Origin: an uncultured Chloroflexia bacterium
GTDB lineage: Bacteria > Chloroflexota > Anaerolineae > JAAYZQ01
Assembly: GCA_963700285.1 (NCBI GenBank)
Contig: CAVOXA010000014.1
Span: 608,001-672,000, forward strand
Length of the DNA: 64,000 nucleotides
Direction: 5' to 3'
Shown here: piece by piece, positions 42,272 to 52,317 of the stretch
Layout of the letters: each line of letters begins with the position of its first letter
How positions within the stretch are numbered: position 1 is the stretch's first letter
The notes under the pieces: generated by a model
Databases searched by the model: none
What the model saw: only the letters and a program-made list of their open reading frames with translations
What the model was told of the DNA's origin: nothing
Made by a program: the position numbers and the translations under genes

Positions 42272-42312
42272 GGCGTTTTGCATTAAACCTGCGTTAAGAA
42301 TGGAAGGGAAAG

Positions 42313-43143
42313 TCAAGCAAAGAGTTGGCAGGCAGGCCAAGCATCATAGTCGTAGTTATCTTCCGCCCGATCCTGGGGCACATAGCCCACCGACCGGCGC
42401 GCGTGCTCGATGTCCACCCAACGATAGTCATTGTTGGACATCCCATAAAAGATCTCAAAGCGCAGGTCGGCGGGGGCGTTGATGCAGCGCTCTATGATCT
42501 GGACCGTGTCGCGCTGGCTGACATAGATGTCGGCTCCCTGAGGGGGACGCGGGCGGTCTCGTTCCACCTGGCCAATGCGGATGCAGAGACACGAAATGCC
42601 GTGACGATGGGCGTAGACGCGGGCCAGCGACTCGGTCCAAACCTTGGTCGCAGCATAGAGGCCCCTGGGTTCGGCGGGGACCTCCGGGGTGATCATGGGG
42701 ACATCTGCCGGGATGTCAGCAAAACGGCGCTCCATCATCGCCTTGTACGGCTCCTGCTCCTGGTAGCCATCCGATACGGTGATGCTGCTGGCGGCCACGA
42801 TGCGCGGCACGCTGGCCAATCTGCAGGCCTCAAAGACTTGGTAGGTGGCAATGATATTGTTGTTGAGAAGGCTCTCCCAGCTTTCACCATCGGGATCCGC
42901 GGCCAGGTGGACGACGACGTCCATACCCTTCACAGCCTCCTGGATACCCTCTGGCTCGGACAGGCTGCATAGGCGGAACTTTTCCGGAGGAATGTCCAGC
43001 TTCCAGGATCTGGGAACCCGAACAGACGGCTCCTGCCTGTGATCCAAAGCATAGGCGTCATACCTGTCCTGCTGCTCGCGGAGCCGGGCATAGGTCATGT
43101 AGCCTATCTGCCCTGTTGCGCCGGTCACCAGTACCTTCTTCAT
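42313..43143 (-). CDS. NAD-dependent epimerase/dehydratase (uronate dehydrogenase-like)
   Basis: VTGATGQIG, VVHLAA, YAATK, RIG. Confidence 0.85.
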   Translation of the reverse strand: MKKVLVTGATGQIGYMTYARLREQQDRYDAYALDHRQEPSVRVPRSWKLDIPPEKFRLCSLSEPEGIQEAVKGMDVVVHLAADPDGESWESLLNNNIIATYQVFEACRLASVPRIVAASSITVSDGYQEQEPYKAMMERRFADIPADVPMITPEVPAEPRGLYAATKVWTESLARVYAHRHGISCLCIRIGQVERDRPRPPQGADIYVSQRDTVQIIERCINAPADLRFEIFYGMSNNDYRWVDIEHARRSVGYVPQDRAEDNYDYDAWPACQLFA

Positions 43144-43363
43144 CGCTTCGATATCACATCGTGCCTCCAATCCCACCGGTCGCCTTCAAAAATCCCTGGA
43201 TCCAACATGTATAGGCAGTGATAGCGTCAGCCATCGGAATTCCACCGACTTTCCGCAACGGCCTCCTTGGGCCAAGCCGCTTGTAGATAGTACCAGAACT
43301 GATGCCGGATGGCAAGTAGGCTATTGGGGGCAAGGGTGCATGCTGCACACTGGGCAGTCGGCT

Positions 43364-43687
43364 CTAGAGCGCCACGCCTCTCTCTGCCCTGACTTCATAG
43401 TGCTGCGATCGTTCGTCAAAGTGGGATAGTACTGCTCTCGCCTTCTCCGGAACAACCGCTACCTCATAGTCCTCCCCTGCAAACTCACGCACGTCATCCA
43501 GGGAGTCAAAGCGCATGATCGTGACGAATTCAACTGCTTCCCCGACGATGCGGCGAAGCAGTTGTATGTCCTTGAAACCAGGGATGCGGCGGTTCTGAAT
43601 GCCAACAAAAATCTCCTCCCTGAGCAGAGCCTCATACACGTCGGCGTTTGCCGGCGTTGTCCATCCGTGCCAGATTCGACTGATCAT
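43364..43687 (-). CDS. Antibiotic biosynthesis monooxygenase-like dimeric barrel protein
   Basis: MISRIWHGWT..LLRR..FAGEDY..HYEV; AGGAGG upstream. Confidence 0.8.
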   Translation of the reverse strand: MISRIWHGWTTPANADVYEALLREEIFVGIQNRRIPGFKDIQLLRRIVGEAVEFVTIMRFDSLDDVREFAGEDYEVAVVPEKARAVLSHFDERSQHYEVRAERGVAL

Positions 43688-43869
43688 CACCAACTTTCTC
43701 CCTCCTGCCAAAGTTCTTTACCCATCAACAATGCCCCGGTGCCATGCGCGAAAGTGTATTCATCACCGCCCGAGGAAACGGGCTCGTGCCCTTTCCATGG
43801 CCCACACCAGGCCGGGGCCCTCGCCCCCAAGGAGATGATAGCTGCCAACACCACGGGACTATGCGGCCT

Positions 43870-44001
43870 GGGGCCACGGAGGCCGGTAGGCACGATGACT
43901 GTCACCAATAAAGACCTCAAGTGGACACCCTTCCGCTGGAAACGCCCTCTTCTACCTCCAAATGAGCTCAGCCAGTGCCCGTCCCAAAGCACCTTGTACA
44001 C
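43870..44001 (-). pseudogene. Relic of crcB (first and last codons only) and of a DUF190 N-terminus
   Basis: GGAG..GTG TAC AAG GTG CTT TGG (MYKVLW) fused to GRALAELIWR*; then EGVHLR/VFIGDSHR; directly downstream of a fluoride riboswitch-like motif. Confidence 0.4.
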
Positions 44002-44018
44002 CGCTGACTTCTCCCAGA

Positions 44019-44073
44019 TGTAGGATTCACATGAGTCATCAGCCCATTGGCGGTTACGGTGGGCCCCATCACC
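44019..44073 (-). ncRNA. Fluoride (crcB) riboswitch-like aptamer, possibly degenerate
   Basis: GGTGATGGGGCCCACC-GTAACC-GCC-AATG-GGC-TGATGACTC...CTAC follows the GGYGAUG..CRCC-AAC-stem-GCUGAUGAC..CUAC layout. Confidence 0.6.
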
Positions 44074-44526
44074 ACGAACGCAATTCTCTAGAACCCGAAC
44101 ACTCGTACTTTGCAAAAGGCCATTGTGCGAGTAGACTGAACAGGTGACGATAGAGTACGTGGCAGGCAAAGCAGCCATTGCTTGAATACTCCACCAACTC
44201 CACGCAGAATGTCTCCTGCCAGAATTCTCTGCAGGACCGGCCGGTATTGTATCATGCCTCAGTTTCCTGAGCAACCTCAGATTTCTGGAGGTTCATGGTA
44301 GCATACCACAGCCGGCAAGAACCGCAAAACTGCCGCGTCAGGGGCCTGGGCAGAGAAGCCCCTGCTGGCCACTGCAGGGGCTGGGTCATCGGAGAACAAA
44401 AAGGCCGTTTCTCGCCCCTTGGTGGGTGGTTCGCATCACGATTACCGGAGGCGCTCGGCTGAGAAACCGTCATATCCTCGAGCTGCTTGACGGATGAGAG
44501 TATTCGGTCAGGACAGAGGCATGGAA

Positions 44527-44563
44527 AGACCTGGTAGGCCCACCAAGAGAGACCCGCCAGGTC
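44527..44563. terminator. Hairpin after the anti-sigma gene
   Basis: GACCTGGTAGG...CCCGCCAGGTC. Confidence 0.35.
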
Positions 44564-44597
44564 TGGATTGCCTGGGCTCGAGCCAGAAGAGGATCGG

Positions 44598-45326
44598 CTA
44601 CAAGCTACTGCCCAAAACCTTATCGCCTGTCGGACCGGGGCTGCCGCCCTCGGGTTCTATGGTAATGCCAAAGGCGGGATAGCTGGACAGAGGCTCGGGG
44701 GATGAGATCCACAAAGCCCCGTATCCTTCTGGATTGACTGAGAACACCCCCCCGCTGGTCCGTTGCCCATCGCGGATCAACCAGAACTGGTATTGATGAT
44801 CTGGGTCGAGGGCTGGCAGGCCATCTACGACCAACGTGCCGTACTCCCCATCCTCGCTAATGACCAGCGTCCCCACCGCAGCCGGCGCGACATCGGTACC
44901 GACCATAGCGACGACCTGCATACCTCCGGGGGTGACCAGCGGCCCTTCCTGGTTGGTTCGCTGCCACCACCACAGATTGCTGAGCACAAGCAGCGTGACC
45001 AGGGCCAGACTGGCCAGGCCCCAGGCAGGTCCTGCCCGCTGGAACAGGCCCGCGATATGTTGCCACCATGACTGGCGAGGTGTGGTGGTTGGCTCCCAGC
45101 GTGGCGTTTCGAGTTGCCCCAGGATCTGCTGCTTCAGGCTGTGCGGCGGCGCAGCATCAGGTGCCGCCAGGGCCAATCGATCGGAAACCGTCTGATAAGA
45201 CAGCAACTCGGCACTGCACCCCGGGCATGCGTCCAGGTGCTCGACAACCTGGATAGCCTCCTCTTCGTCGAGGCTGTCGAGGGCATAGGCCGGCAACAAC
45301 TCCATCACGTGAACATGATTCAACAT
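44598..45326 (-). CDS. Anti-sigma factor, RskA-like
   Basis: ELLPAYALDSL..HLDACPGC zinc-binding N-terminus, TM helix, YQFWLI, ITIEPEGGSPGPTG. Confidence 0.9.
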   Translation of the reverse strand: MLNHVHVMELLPAYALDSLDEEEAIQVVEHLDACPGCSAELLSYQTVSDRLALAAPDAAPPHSLKQQILGQLETPRWEPTTTPRQSWWQHIAGLFQRAGPAWGLASLALVTLLVLSNLWWWQRTNQEGPLVTPGGMQVVAMVGTDVAPAAVGTLVISEDGEYGTLVVDGLPALDPDHQYQFWLIRDGQRTSGGVFSVNPEGYGALWISSPEPLSSYPAFGITIEPEGGSPGPTGDKVLGSSL

Positions 45327-45366
45327 CTAGAACACCTTGGGCATTTAGACCTTTCCTACTAGATGA

Positions 45367-45391
45367 TACGCGAGGAAAGGAGTTTTGGATT
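45367..45391 (-). promoter_or_regulatory. ECF sigma promoter upstream of the anti-sigma gene
   Basis: AATCC-AAAACTCCTTTCCTCG-CGTA (16-nt spacer), same motif as 46638-46662. Confidence 0.7.
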
Positions 45392-45393
45392 CT

Positions 45394-45978
45394 TCAGCCA
45401 GCAGCTCGGTCTGCTTGCAGCATGTCGCGCAGCTTCTGCATCCCCAGGCGAATGCGCGTCTTGACCGTTCCCAGCGGCAGACCTAGGCTTTCAGCGATCT
45501 GGCTCTGAGTGAGACCCTGGAAATAGGCCAAGGCCAGCACCCGCCTCTGCTCTTCCGACAACTGGGCGATGGCGGCGTGGATACGCTCTCTCTCCATGGC
45601 TAGGGCTGCCACCTGTTCCGGGCCGTTGACAGAGGGTTCGACGCCGGGCTCGAGTTCAGCCCAGTCCACGCTGCGCTGTTCCGGACGCGAACCGCGGCGA
45701 CGCAACTGGTCGATGGCGCGGTGGCGGGTGATGCTGGTCAACCAAGTGGATACCTTGGCTCGGTCGGCACGATACTGCCGGGCGTGCTGCCAGACGCGGA
45801 GAAAGACATCCTGGGTGATCTCTTCGGCGGTGGCGGAATTGCCAACCGAGTTGAGGGCCAGACCAAAGACCAGCCGGCCATAACGGTCGTACAACTCACT
45901 CAGGGCCTCCGCACGAGCTTGTAGGATCAGTCGGACCAGAGCTTCATCGTCGAGTGTCGAACAGTCCAATTGTGACAT
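45394..45978 (-). CDS. ECF RNA polymerase sigma factor (SigK-like)
   Basis: ALSELYDRY, AEEITQDVF, WL..ITRHRAID, LAYFQGLTQSQIA..GTVKTRIRLG. Confidence 0.93.
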   Translation of the reverse strand: MSQLDCSTLDDEALVRLILQARAEALSELYDRYGRLVFGLALNSVGNSATAEEITQDVFLRVWQHARQYRADRAKVSTWLTSITRHRAIDQLRRRGSRPEQRSVDWAELEPGVEPSVNGPEQVAALAMERERIHAAIAQLSEEQRRVLALAYFQGLTQSQIAESLGLPLGTVKTRIRLGMQKLRDMLQADRAAG

Positions 45979-46016
45979 AGCATTCCAGTCGCAAGACGTT
46001 CGGGCCACCAGCAACT

Positions 46017-46154
46017 TCAAGGGGCTTCATTTAGTAGTTGTGGCGAGTCCTTCCAATCGTGGCTCTCGCCCGTCGCCACGCATCCCGGCAAATCGGGTGA
46101 ATGCGCGGAGTAGTTGCCATTCGCTCTTTCGACAACGATCAGAAAACGATACAC
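46017..46154 (-). pseudogene. hicB: HicB antitoxin, truncated
   Basis: Manual translation: MYRFLIVVERANGNYSAHSPDLPGCVATGES, then unrelated sequence. Confidence 0.7.
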
Positions 46155-46168
46155 CTTCGCTACCTGCC

Positions 46169-46359
46169 CTATCCCTCTTCTGGCCTCTGCACCTGCTTGA
46201 AGATGCTATTCAGAGACCCAGGAGAAAAATGGTGACTGGGATGGCCAGTAATCGTGACGCTGCCCGGTTTCGATGGGTGCTTGTGTTGCCGGTGACTGCC
46301 TCTCGTGGCAATTACCAACCATCTTTCTCAATCAGCTTGATGACTTCACGAACCTTCAT
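46169..46359 (-). pseudogene. hicA: HicA toxin with premature stop and frameshift
   Basis: MKVREVIKLIEKDGW* / ATRGSHRQHKHPSKPGSVTITGHP..PGSLNSIFKQ. Confidence 0.8.
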
Positions 46360-46637
46360 TGCCATTCAGATGCACTCTTCGATCAATGCTCGTGAGACAA
46401 CAGCTGCGGTCACCGTTTGGGCAAGTATACCACTACCAGGGCAGAAGTGCAAAAGAAATCTCGTCCACACGCGATTGCGCAGCGCCAGATCCTTGGGCTA
46501 CGGATGGAGGTAGACTTGTTGGTGGACCCGATCGAGGGCCAAATAGCGGTTGTGGCAAATTCCTCTCACAAGACGGGATTCAAACGACCAAAGCCTCTCC
46601 CTATGGCACATTTTTCTAAAATAAATCACCTAAAACA

Positions 46638-46662
46638 AATCCAAAACCCTCTCCATTGCGTA
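46638..46662 (+). promoter_or_regulatory. ECF sigma promoter upstream of the secreted repeat protein
   Basis: AATCC-AAAACCCTCTCCATTG-CGTA (16-nt spacer). Confidence 0.7.
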
Positions 46663-46742
46663 ACATAGGGTGAGCCGCACCACGGGCACCAACCGGTCGC
46701 CGGTGCAATACCAAAGCTCAAACCGAAAGGAAGGAACCCGAA

Positions 46743-47690
46743 ATGCTACGCAACCAAAAGCTGATCGCTGTGAGCCTGGGGCTGTTCTTGCTCCTGGCAC
46801 TCGCTCCCCTGGCAAGCGCCCAGGGGGTCACCGTCCAGGTGGCCGACCATCCAGAACTAGGCAAGATCTTGACCGATATGCAGGGCATGACCCTCTATCT
46901 TTTCACCCGGGACGGTGAAGATGTGAGCAACTGCTCCGGCCAGTGCGCCGTCAACTGGCCACCACTGTTGGTGGAGGAAGGACAGGAGCCTGCGGCCGGA
47001 CCGGGCCTGACAGGAGAGTTGGGCACCATCGAGCGTACCGATGGTGGGCGACAGGTGACCTACAAAGGTATGCCTCTCTACTACTGGTTCCAGGATAACA
47101 ATCCTGGCGATGCGACAGGACAGGACTTGGGGGATATCTGGTACGTAGTCCATCCCGACATCTCTAGCATGACGGTCGCCAGCCCTGTGGTGACGGCGAC
47201 GGAGCACCCCAGCCTGGGCACGATTTTGACCAACCAGGGCATGACCCTCTACCTCTTTACCACCGACAACGTCGACGTCAGCAATTGCTACGACCAGTGT
47301 GCTGTCAACTGGCCGCCACTGCTGGTCGGGGACGGGGCGCCTGTGGCCGGCACGGGAGTTGACGGGGAGCTGAGCATCATCGACCGGACCGACGGTGGGC
47401 GGCAGGTGGCGTACAACGGCATACCGCTTTACTTCTGGATCCGCGACGTCCGGCCGGGCGATGCGACAGGAGAGGGTGTGGGCGACGTATGGTTTGTCCT
47501 GAACTCCGAGACGACCGCTGACGCACTGACAGGGTCCACTGCCCAGACACAGCCGGAAGCACAGGCGCCGTCCGAGACGCTGCCACAGACGGGCGGAGCC
47601 ATGCCCTCCTGGGCGATGCTGCTGGTCATTGGTGGCGCGGCGCTTCTCGCTATGGGAGTGGGCCTCACGCTGGCGCAGAAGGCGCGCTAG
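46743..47690 (+). CDS. Secreted COG4315-type (Y-X4-D repeat) protein with LPxTG sorting signal
   Basis: Signal peptide; two units GMTLYLFT.D..SNC..QCAVNWPPL..QV.Y.G.PLY.W..D; LPQTGG + TM + KAR tail. Confidence 0.85.
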   Translation: MLRNQKLIAVSLGLFLLLALAPLASAQGVTVQVADHPELGKILTDMQGMTLYLFTRDGEDVSNCSGQCAVNWPPLLVEEGQEPAAGPGLTGELGTIERTDGGRQVTYKGMPLYYWFQDNNPGDATGQDLGDIWYVVHPDISSMTVASPVVTATEHPSLGTILTNQGMTLYLFTTDNVDVSNCYDQCAVNWPPLLVGDGAPVAGTGVDGELSIIDRTDGGRQVAYNGIPLYFWIRDVRPGDATGEGVGDVWFVLNSETTADALTGSTAQTQPEAQAPSETLPQTGGAMPSWAMLLVIGGAALLAMGVGLTLAQKAR

Positions 47691-47728
47691 ACCGCTCGTC
47701 CTACAGTCCTCGGCCTAGGCCCAGGCAC

Positions 47729-47763
47729 AAGCTCCCCGGCAGACTCCAGCTTCCGGGGAGCTT
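47729..47763 (+). terminator. Intrinsic terminator-like hairpin
   Basis: AAGCTCCCCGG...CCGGGGAGCTT followed by TGT. Confidence 0.55.
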
Positions 47764-48049
47764 TGTGCGGCTAGACGCTGTCGTTCGGAGGGATTACTTG
47801 GGTCGTCCAGTACCTGCGCAGGTGCAGCCATTACCCACATCTCGCGCAGGCCCCCGAGGTTTCTTCGTTCGCGGGGATCAGGGGGGTGTGACCAGGGTCT
47901 CGACAGCATGAGGCCCCAGAGAAGCATCCAAGGACCTTGGGGGTCAAGTGCAACCCGATCTCCGGGCAATCACCAGCAGCCCGTCCTAGTCATGCAAACC
48001 ATAGTGGCCCCGGAATCCACGTGAGTGACGTCTGAGTCTCTCGGATTGC

Positions 48050-48400
48050 ACGTGATCGCGCGGTTGCCCATGACCTTCAAGCCCTCCATGTGCATGGCCC
48101 CATGCCCGGCCATCAATTTGTCCCAGTTCCGCTTGCCCCCGCCTGCGACGAGGCGGCCCATCTCGGCGTAACGATTGGGACAATGGGCCATCAGCGTCAA
48201 CTTGTGGGCGGCATGGAAACGCACCAAAGAACCGGTAGTCCTTGCTGGACTGCCGGTCCTATAGTCCTTCAGCATCTCGGTCCAGCGATAGTGGGCGAAG
48301 ATGCACTCGACAGAATTCTCGCGCGGGGGCATGTCGTTGAGCCGGGTCTCCTCTTCCGGCGGCAGCAGCGGGAACCGGTTTATGACCTCACGGGGGAACA
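48050..48400 (-). pseudogene. DUF523/DUF1722 (YbgA-like) internal fragment
   Basis: FPLLPPEEETRLND..REN..IFAHYRW..LVRFHAAHKLTLMAH..Y..GRLVA. Confidence 0.7.
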
Positions 48401-48720
48401 TCATCCTCCGGTGCGACCATCAGCAGCGTATGCGTCCTGACAAAGGGCGCGCAGAGCGTCGGCCGGAACGGCTCCGGCGTTGCCGGAAGCACCCGCGTGA
48501 CACTGTTGTTCCATCCGGTGCCTGCACGACCCCCATAGTCAATGAACTAACGGAACGCCTGGATGGGCTTGAGAAGCGACGGCGTACCGGCTTGGTCGGA
48601 GGAGACAACCCGTGGTTCGCCCTCGCTCCATCCAGAGTTCCTGTGGTCGTAGAGCAGGACCGCCAGGCCGGCACGGGAAAACGCCTTCGCATACTTGTCC
48701 ACCATCATGTACACCGTGGC
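48400..48720 (-). pseudogene. Alpha/beta hydrolase fragments
   Basis: DKYAKAFSRAGLAVLLYDHRNSGWSEGEPR, then stop-containing FIDYGGRAGTGWNN..LLMVAPED. Confidence 0.55.
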
Positions 48721-48780
48721 TTGGGCACTGATTCTTTAACGCGAACAATAGGGCAAAGGGATGTGGGCGGCCAATACTCC

Positions 48781-49167
48781 CTATTTCTTCTTCTGTTTTG
48801 CCTCTGCCCGATCCAGGTTTTCCCTTACCCGAAACTCCACGATTCTGCTTATCAGGTCGAAAGGAATGGGATCACCGAATGAAAACCTCACCGTGCCCTT
48901 TGATCCGGAGTACGCGGACAGCTCATCCTTGAACTTGGCAATTCCTGTCGGCCCAGGATAGAACCCGATATGTTTTTTGAAAGCGGCAAAATGAACCAGA
49001 TTCCCCTTCAGAGCAAAAGTCGGCATCTGATAGCTGATTCTCTCTTCAGCGTCTGGTGCGGCTTTTCCAATGGTCATCCGTATCTTTTCCAGAATCTCTT
49101 GAACATCCTGTGGAAAGCCTGCGATGTATTCATCTATATTCTTGGGTGCTGGGTGCTCAGTTCTCAT
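48781..49167 (-). CDS. DUF1801 (YdhG-like) protein
   Basis: IDEYIAGFP, ISYQMPTF, HFAAFKKHIGFYP, SKGTVRF. Confidence 0.88.
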   Translation of the reverse strand: MRTEHPAPKNIDEYIAGFPQDVQEILEKIRMTIGKAAPDAEERISYQMPTFALKGNLVHFAAFKKHIGFYPGPTGIAKFKDELSAYSGSKGTVRFSFGDPIPFDLISRIVEFRVRENLDRAEAKQKKK

Positions 49168-49184
49168 AGCGCCCCCTTTAAGAA

Positions 49185-50414
49185 CTACTTCGCTAACACC
49201 TTCCCCAGTGCGGGGAAAGCCGCCATCATACTGTAGAATTCATTTCCGGCCGGTGTGGGAGTGGGATACGAACTGAACTTGGCGATCACGAGTTGCGCGG
49301 CTGGATCGATGTAAAGCATCTGTCCGCCGTAGCCCAATCCTTGGTAGGCACCGTGTTCGTTGTGTGTCATCCACCATTGGTGGTGATAGGAATAACCCTG
49401 ATTCATGGGGCTTGCCGCCGGCCCGCGCGCAAAAGCGTCCTGGTCGCCCCCCTTTTCGATATCTTTGACTACTGCGGCAGGGACAATTTGCTGCCCATTG
49501 AACTGCCCTTTTTGCAACAGCATCTGCCCAAAACGAGCCATATCCCGCAAGGTAGTGAGCAAACCGGACCCCGATGTCTCGGCGGCCGCCGAATCGACAA
49601 TCCAAAAAGCGTCCCGCTCGGCTCCCAACTTGGACCAGACGCGCTCGTGCATGATCTCGGCCAGCGATTGATTTAGCAGGCGCTTCATGATCCAGGCGAG
49701 TACGTCGGTATTCGGTGTGAGGTAGGCGAAACGCCAGCCGTGTTCGCCCACCTTTTTCATGGTCGGCAGAAATTCGTACACGGATGCCGGGCCAGCATAG
49801 CCTGCGGGCTTTTCTCTCCAACCCAACGCCATCGCATAGGTCAAATTCTCTGACACTGGATCAACCTGGTCGTCACAGAACCATACTGCAGTGGTCATGT
49901 CCATCACCTGGCGGATGGTGGCATCGGCAAAGCCGCTATCCTTTAGCTCTGGCAGATAGGTAGCGACCACGGCCTCGGGATCCAACATGCCTTCGTGTGC
50001 CAACAGCGCGGCAAGCGTGCCGGTCATCGACTTGCTGGATGAGGCCCAGGCGTGGAGGGTATGCGCCTGCATCCCATTCAAGTAATTTTCATAGATAATC
50101 TTTCCCTCGTGCAGAACCACGATGCCGTCGGTGTAACTAAGCTCGACCATATCCCCAAAAGTGAATTGCGTGCCCGCTCGGTTGTGGTAGGTGACCTGAT
50201 CCATGTCAAACGGGGCATAGTCCAGTTGGGCAACCGGCCCATTGCCGCGCCATACATCCACTGTGCGGTTCAGCTTTAACTCGTTCTGGAAACTCCAGCG
50301 ATTATAGGGGCCATAGAGCTGATTTTCGTGAGTGACAAGCTGCTCAGGCAATGGCGGAAATCCGCTCATCAACCCCAATTCGAATGCACTCTGCGGTTTT
50401 TGTTGGTCAAGCAC
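49185..50414 (-). CDS. Serine hydrolase, beta-lactamase fold (NylB/6-aminohexanoate-dimer hydrolase-like)
   Basis: SSSK (SxxK), FAYLTPNTDVL, GLGYGGQ; GGAGG before GTG 50414. Confidence 0.88.
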   Translation of the reverse strand: MLDQQKPQSAFELGLMSGFPPLPEQLVTHENQLYGPYNRWSFQNELKLNRTVDVWRGNGPVAQLDYAPFDMDQVTYHNRAGTQFTFGDMVELSYTDGIVVLHEGKIIYENYLNGMQAHTLHAWASSSKSMTGTLAALLAHEGMLDPEAVVATYLPELKDSGFADATIRQVMDMTTAVWFCDDQVDPVSENLTYAMALGWREKPAGYAGPASVYEFLPTMKKVGEHGWRFAYLTPNTDVLAWIMKRLLNQSLAEIMHERVWSKLGAERDAFWIVDSAAAETSGSGLLTTLRDMARFGQMLLQKGQFNGQQIVPAAVVKDIEKGGDQDAFARGPAASPMNQGYSYHHQWWMTHNEHGAYQGLGYGGQMLYIDPAAQLVIAKFSSYPTPTPAGNEFYSMMAAFPALGKVLAK

Positions 50415-50448
50415 GATATCCTCCGGGACGATGCATCCCTCTACCAGA

Positions 50449-52317
50449 TCAATACGACAATCCAAAACCAAATGGATAAAGCGGTTGCTCTGAATCGTAT
50501 GGGACGTCCGGTTTTTGGTTTCGAACAGCATCCATCGAGGATGGGAGTTCAAATGGCAATTTGCCTCGCGGATTGGCTTTGCCAAAGATCACATCCAATA
50601 CTGCTTCGTCACTGGCACCGAATTCGCCCAACAGCCCCTTGGCAGCGGCGTTGATTTCGGGAATTACCGCAGGCCGGTCCAGGTACAGTACCACGATGGT
50701 AGGGACTGCTCGCAGCAAGGCCAATATTTCGGCCTTGGCCTCCCCTTTGAAATCCAGGTCGCCGTGATGAAACCCACGCGCAAATGGATTTTTCGTCTCC
50801 ACCGGGTACCATGGGGTGTTCAAGCGTAGAATAGCGAGGTTGGCATCTGCGGGTGTTGTCACTACCTGCCCATACTGTGCCGCTACTGCGGCATCGATGT
50901 TTTCGACGTATATTTTCGGCTGGGCCTGCAATGGCAGAATGCTGTTCTCGTTTTTGAGCAGGGTCACTGCCTGTCTTTGCGAGGCGGCCCCTGCTTTCAC
51001 GAAATCAGGACGTCCCAGCACTTGTGGAACCTTGTCCGTGTCTACGAAGGGATTGTCAAAAAGCCCCAACTGGAATTTCTGGCGTAGCAGCCGCCGTATT
51101 GATTGGTCAATACGCTCGTTGGATATCTGTCCGTTTCGCATCAATTCCAGTACCAACTCGGGGCGACTTTCTCCGCCAAATTGATCCACGCCCGCATCAA
51201 GCACCTTTTGCACCCGCGCCACCTCGCTAAGGTGTTCCACGCCCCAAGCTCGCGCCGGCCAGATAGAGCCGGCCACGTCCGAATCTGTGATCAGCCCCCA
51301 GTCTGTACAAACCACGCCATCGTAGCGATATTTCTCGCGCAGCAGGCCTGTGATTATCGCTTTGTTGAACGACATCGCGACGTTTTCATCCGTTTGGTCT
51401 ATCGGGATGCCATAGTAGGGCATGATGGCGGCGGTCTGCGCGGCGAATGCAGCTTCAAAGGGAATTAGGTGATAGTACAAGTTGTTGCCGGGGTAGATCT
51501 GGCCTTTCTGAAACTCAAAGTGCGGATCCAACCCTTCATTCTGTGGGCCGCCACCGGGAAAGTGCTTGGTCATGCAGGCAACACTGTCCGGGCCAAGGCG
51601 TTCACCTTGGAAACCGCGGATATAGGCCTTGGTTAAAAGCGCTGCCAACTGGGCATCCTCCCCAAACGTCCCGTTGATGCGCGGCCAGCGCGGTTCGGTC
51701 GCGAGGTCAACCTGCGGGTGGAGTGCCACCCGAATCCCCACTGCCAGATATTCTTGCCGGACAATCTCGGCAAATTGTCTGACGAGATCAGGATCACCGA
51801 TAGCACCAAAGCCTAACGTTTCGCACCACTGTGAAAAATCGTTGGCGGCCATAGCAAAAATGTTCGGGCTGAAGTGGTTGCGTGGATCGGATGCGATCGT
51901 GACAGGAATGCCCAGCCGGGTCTGTTCAGCAAACCGTTGCAGATTGTTGTACCAAATGGCGACCACCTGCGGAGCCGGGATCGCCCATAGATTAAAGTGA
52001 TTCATTTTCTGGTCTGTCATTTGGGTGCTGGCTACTCCACCAGGCCCCGGCGGGCCCGGATCGTCTTCGATGGAACCATCGGTGTTGATGACCGACCCGT
52101 TGAAGAACAACATACCCGCTTTTTCTGCCGGCGTCATCTGACGCAACAGGTCTTCCACGCGTGCTTCGATGGGTTGCCGCGTATCCTCGAAAATGTCCAA
52201 TTTGCCGTTCTTGTTCAGGTCGCGGTATCCGAAGCCGTCGTCCGTTCTGACCAAATCAGATTGCTGCAGCACCAGCTTGTCAAGACTGTCTGTCGTTTCA
52301 GGTTGGATGGGTCCCAT
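50449..52317 (-). CDS. Glycoside hydrolase family 3
   Basis: RDLNKNG, ASDPRN, KHFPGGG, CTDWG nucleophile, GKLPFELP, YPFGFGLSY. Confidence 0.93.
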   Translation of the reverse strand: MGPIQPETTDSLDKLVLQQSDLVRTDDGFGYRDLNKNGKLDIFEDTRQPIEARVEDLLRQMTPAEKAGMLFFNGSVINTDGSIEDDPGPPGPGGVASTQMTDQKMNHFNLWAIPAPQVVAIWYNNLQRFAEQTRLGIPVTIASDPRNHFSPNIFAMAANDFSQWCETLGFGAIGDPDLVRQFAEIVRQEYLAVGIRVALHPQVDLATEPRWPRINGTFGEDAQLAALLTKAYIRGFQGERLGPDSVACMTKHFPGGGPQNEGLDPHFEFQKGQIYPGNNLYYHLIPFEAAFAAQTAAIMPYYGIPIDQTDENVAMSFNKAIITGLLREKYRYDGVVCTDWGLITDSDVAGSIWPARAWGVEHLSEVARVQKVLDAGVDQFGGESRPELVLELMRNGQISNERIDQSIRRLLRQKFQLGLFDNPFVDTDKVPQVLGRPDFVKAGAASQRQAVTLLKNENSILPLQAQPKIYVENIDAAVAAQYGQVVTTPADANLAILRLNTPWYPVETKNPFARGFHHGDLDFKGEAKAEILALLRAVPTIVVLYLDRPAVIPEINAAAKGLLGEFGASDEAVLDVIFGKANPRGKLPFELPSSMDAVRNQKPDVPYDSEQPLYPFGFGLSY

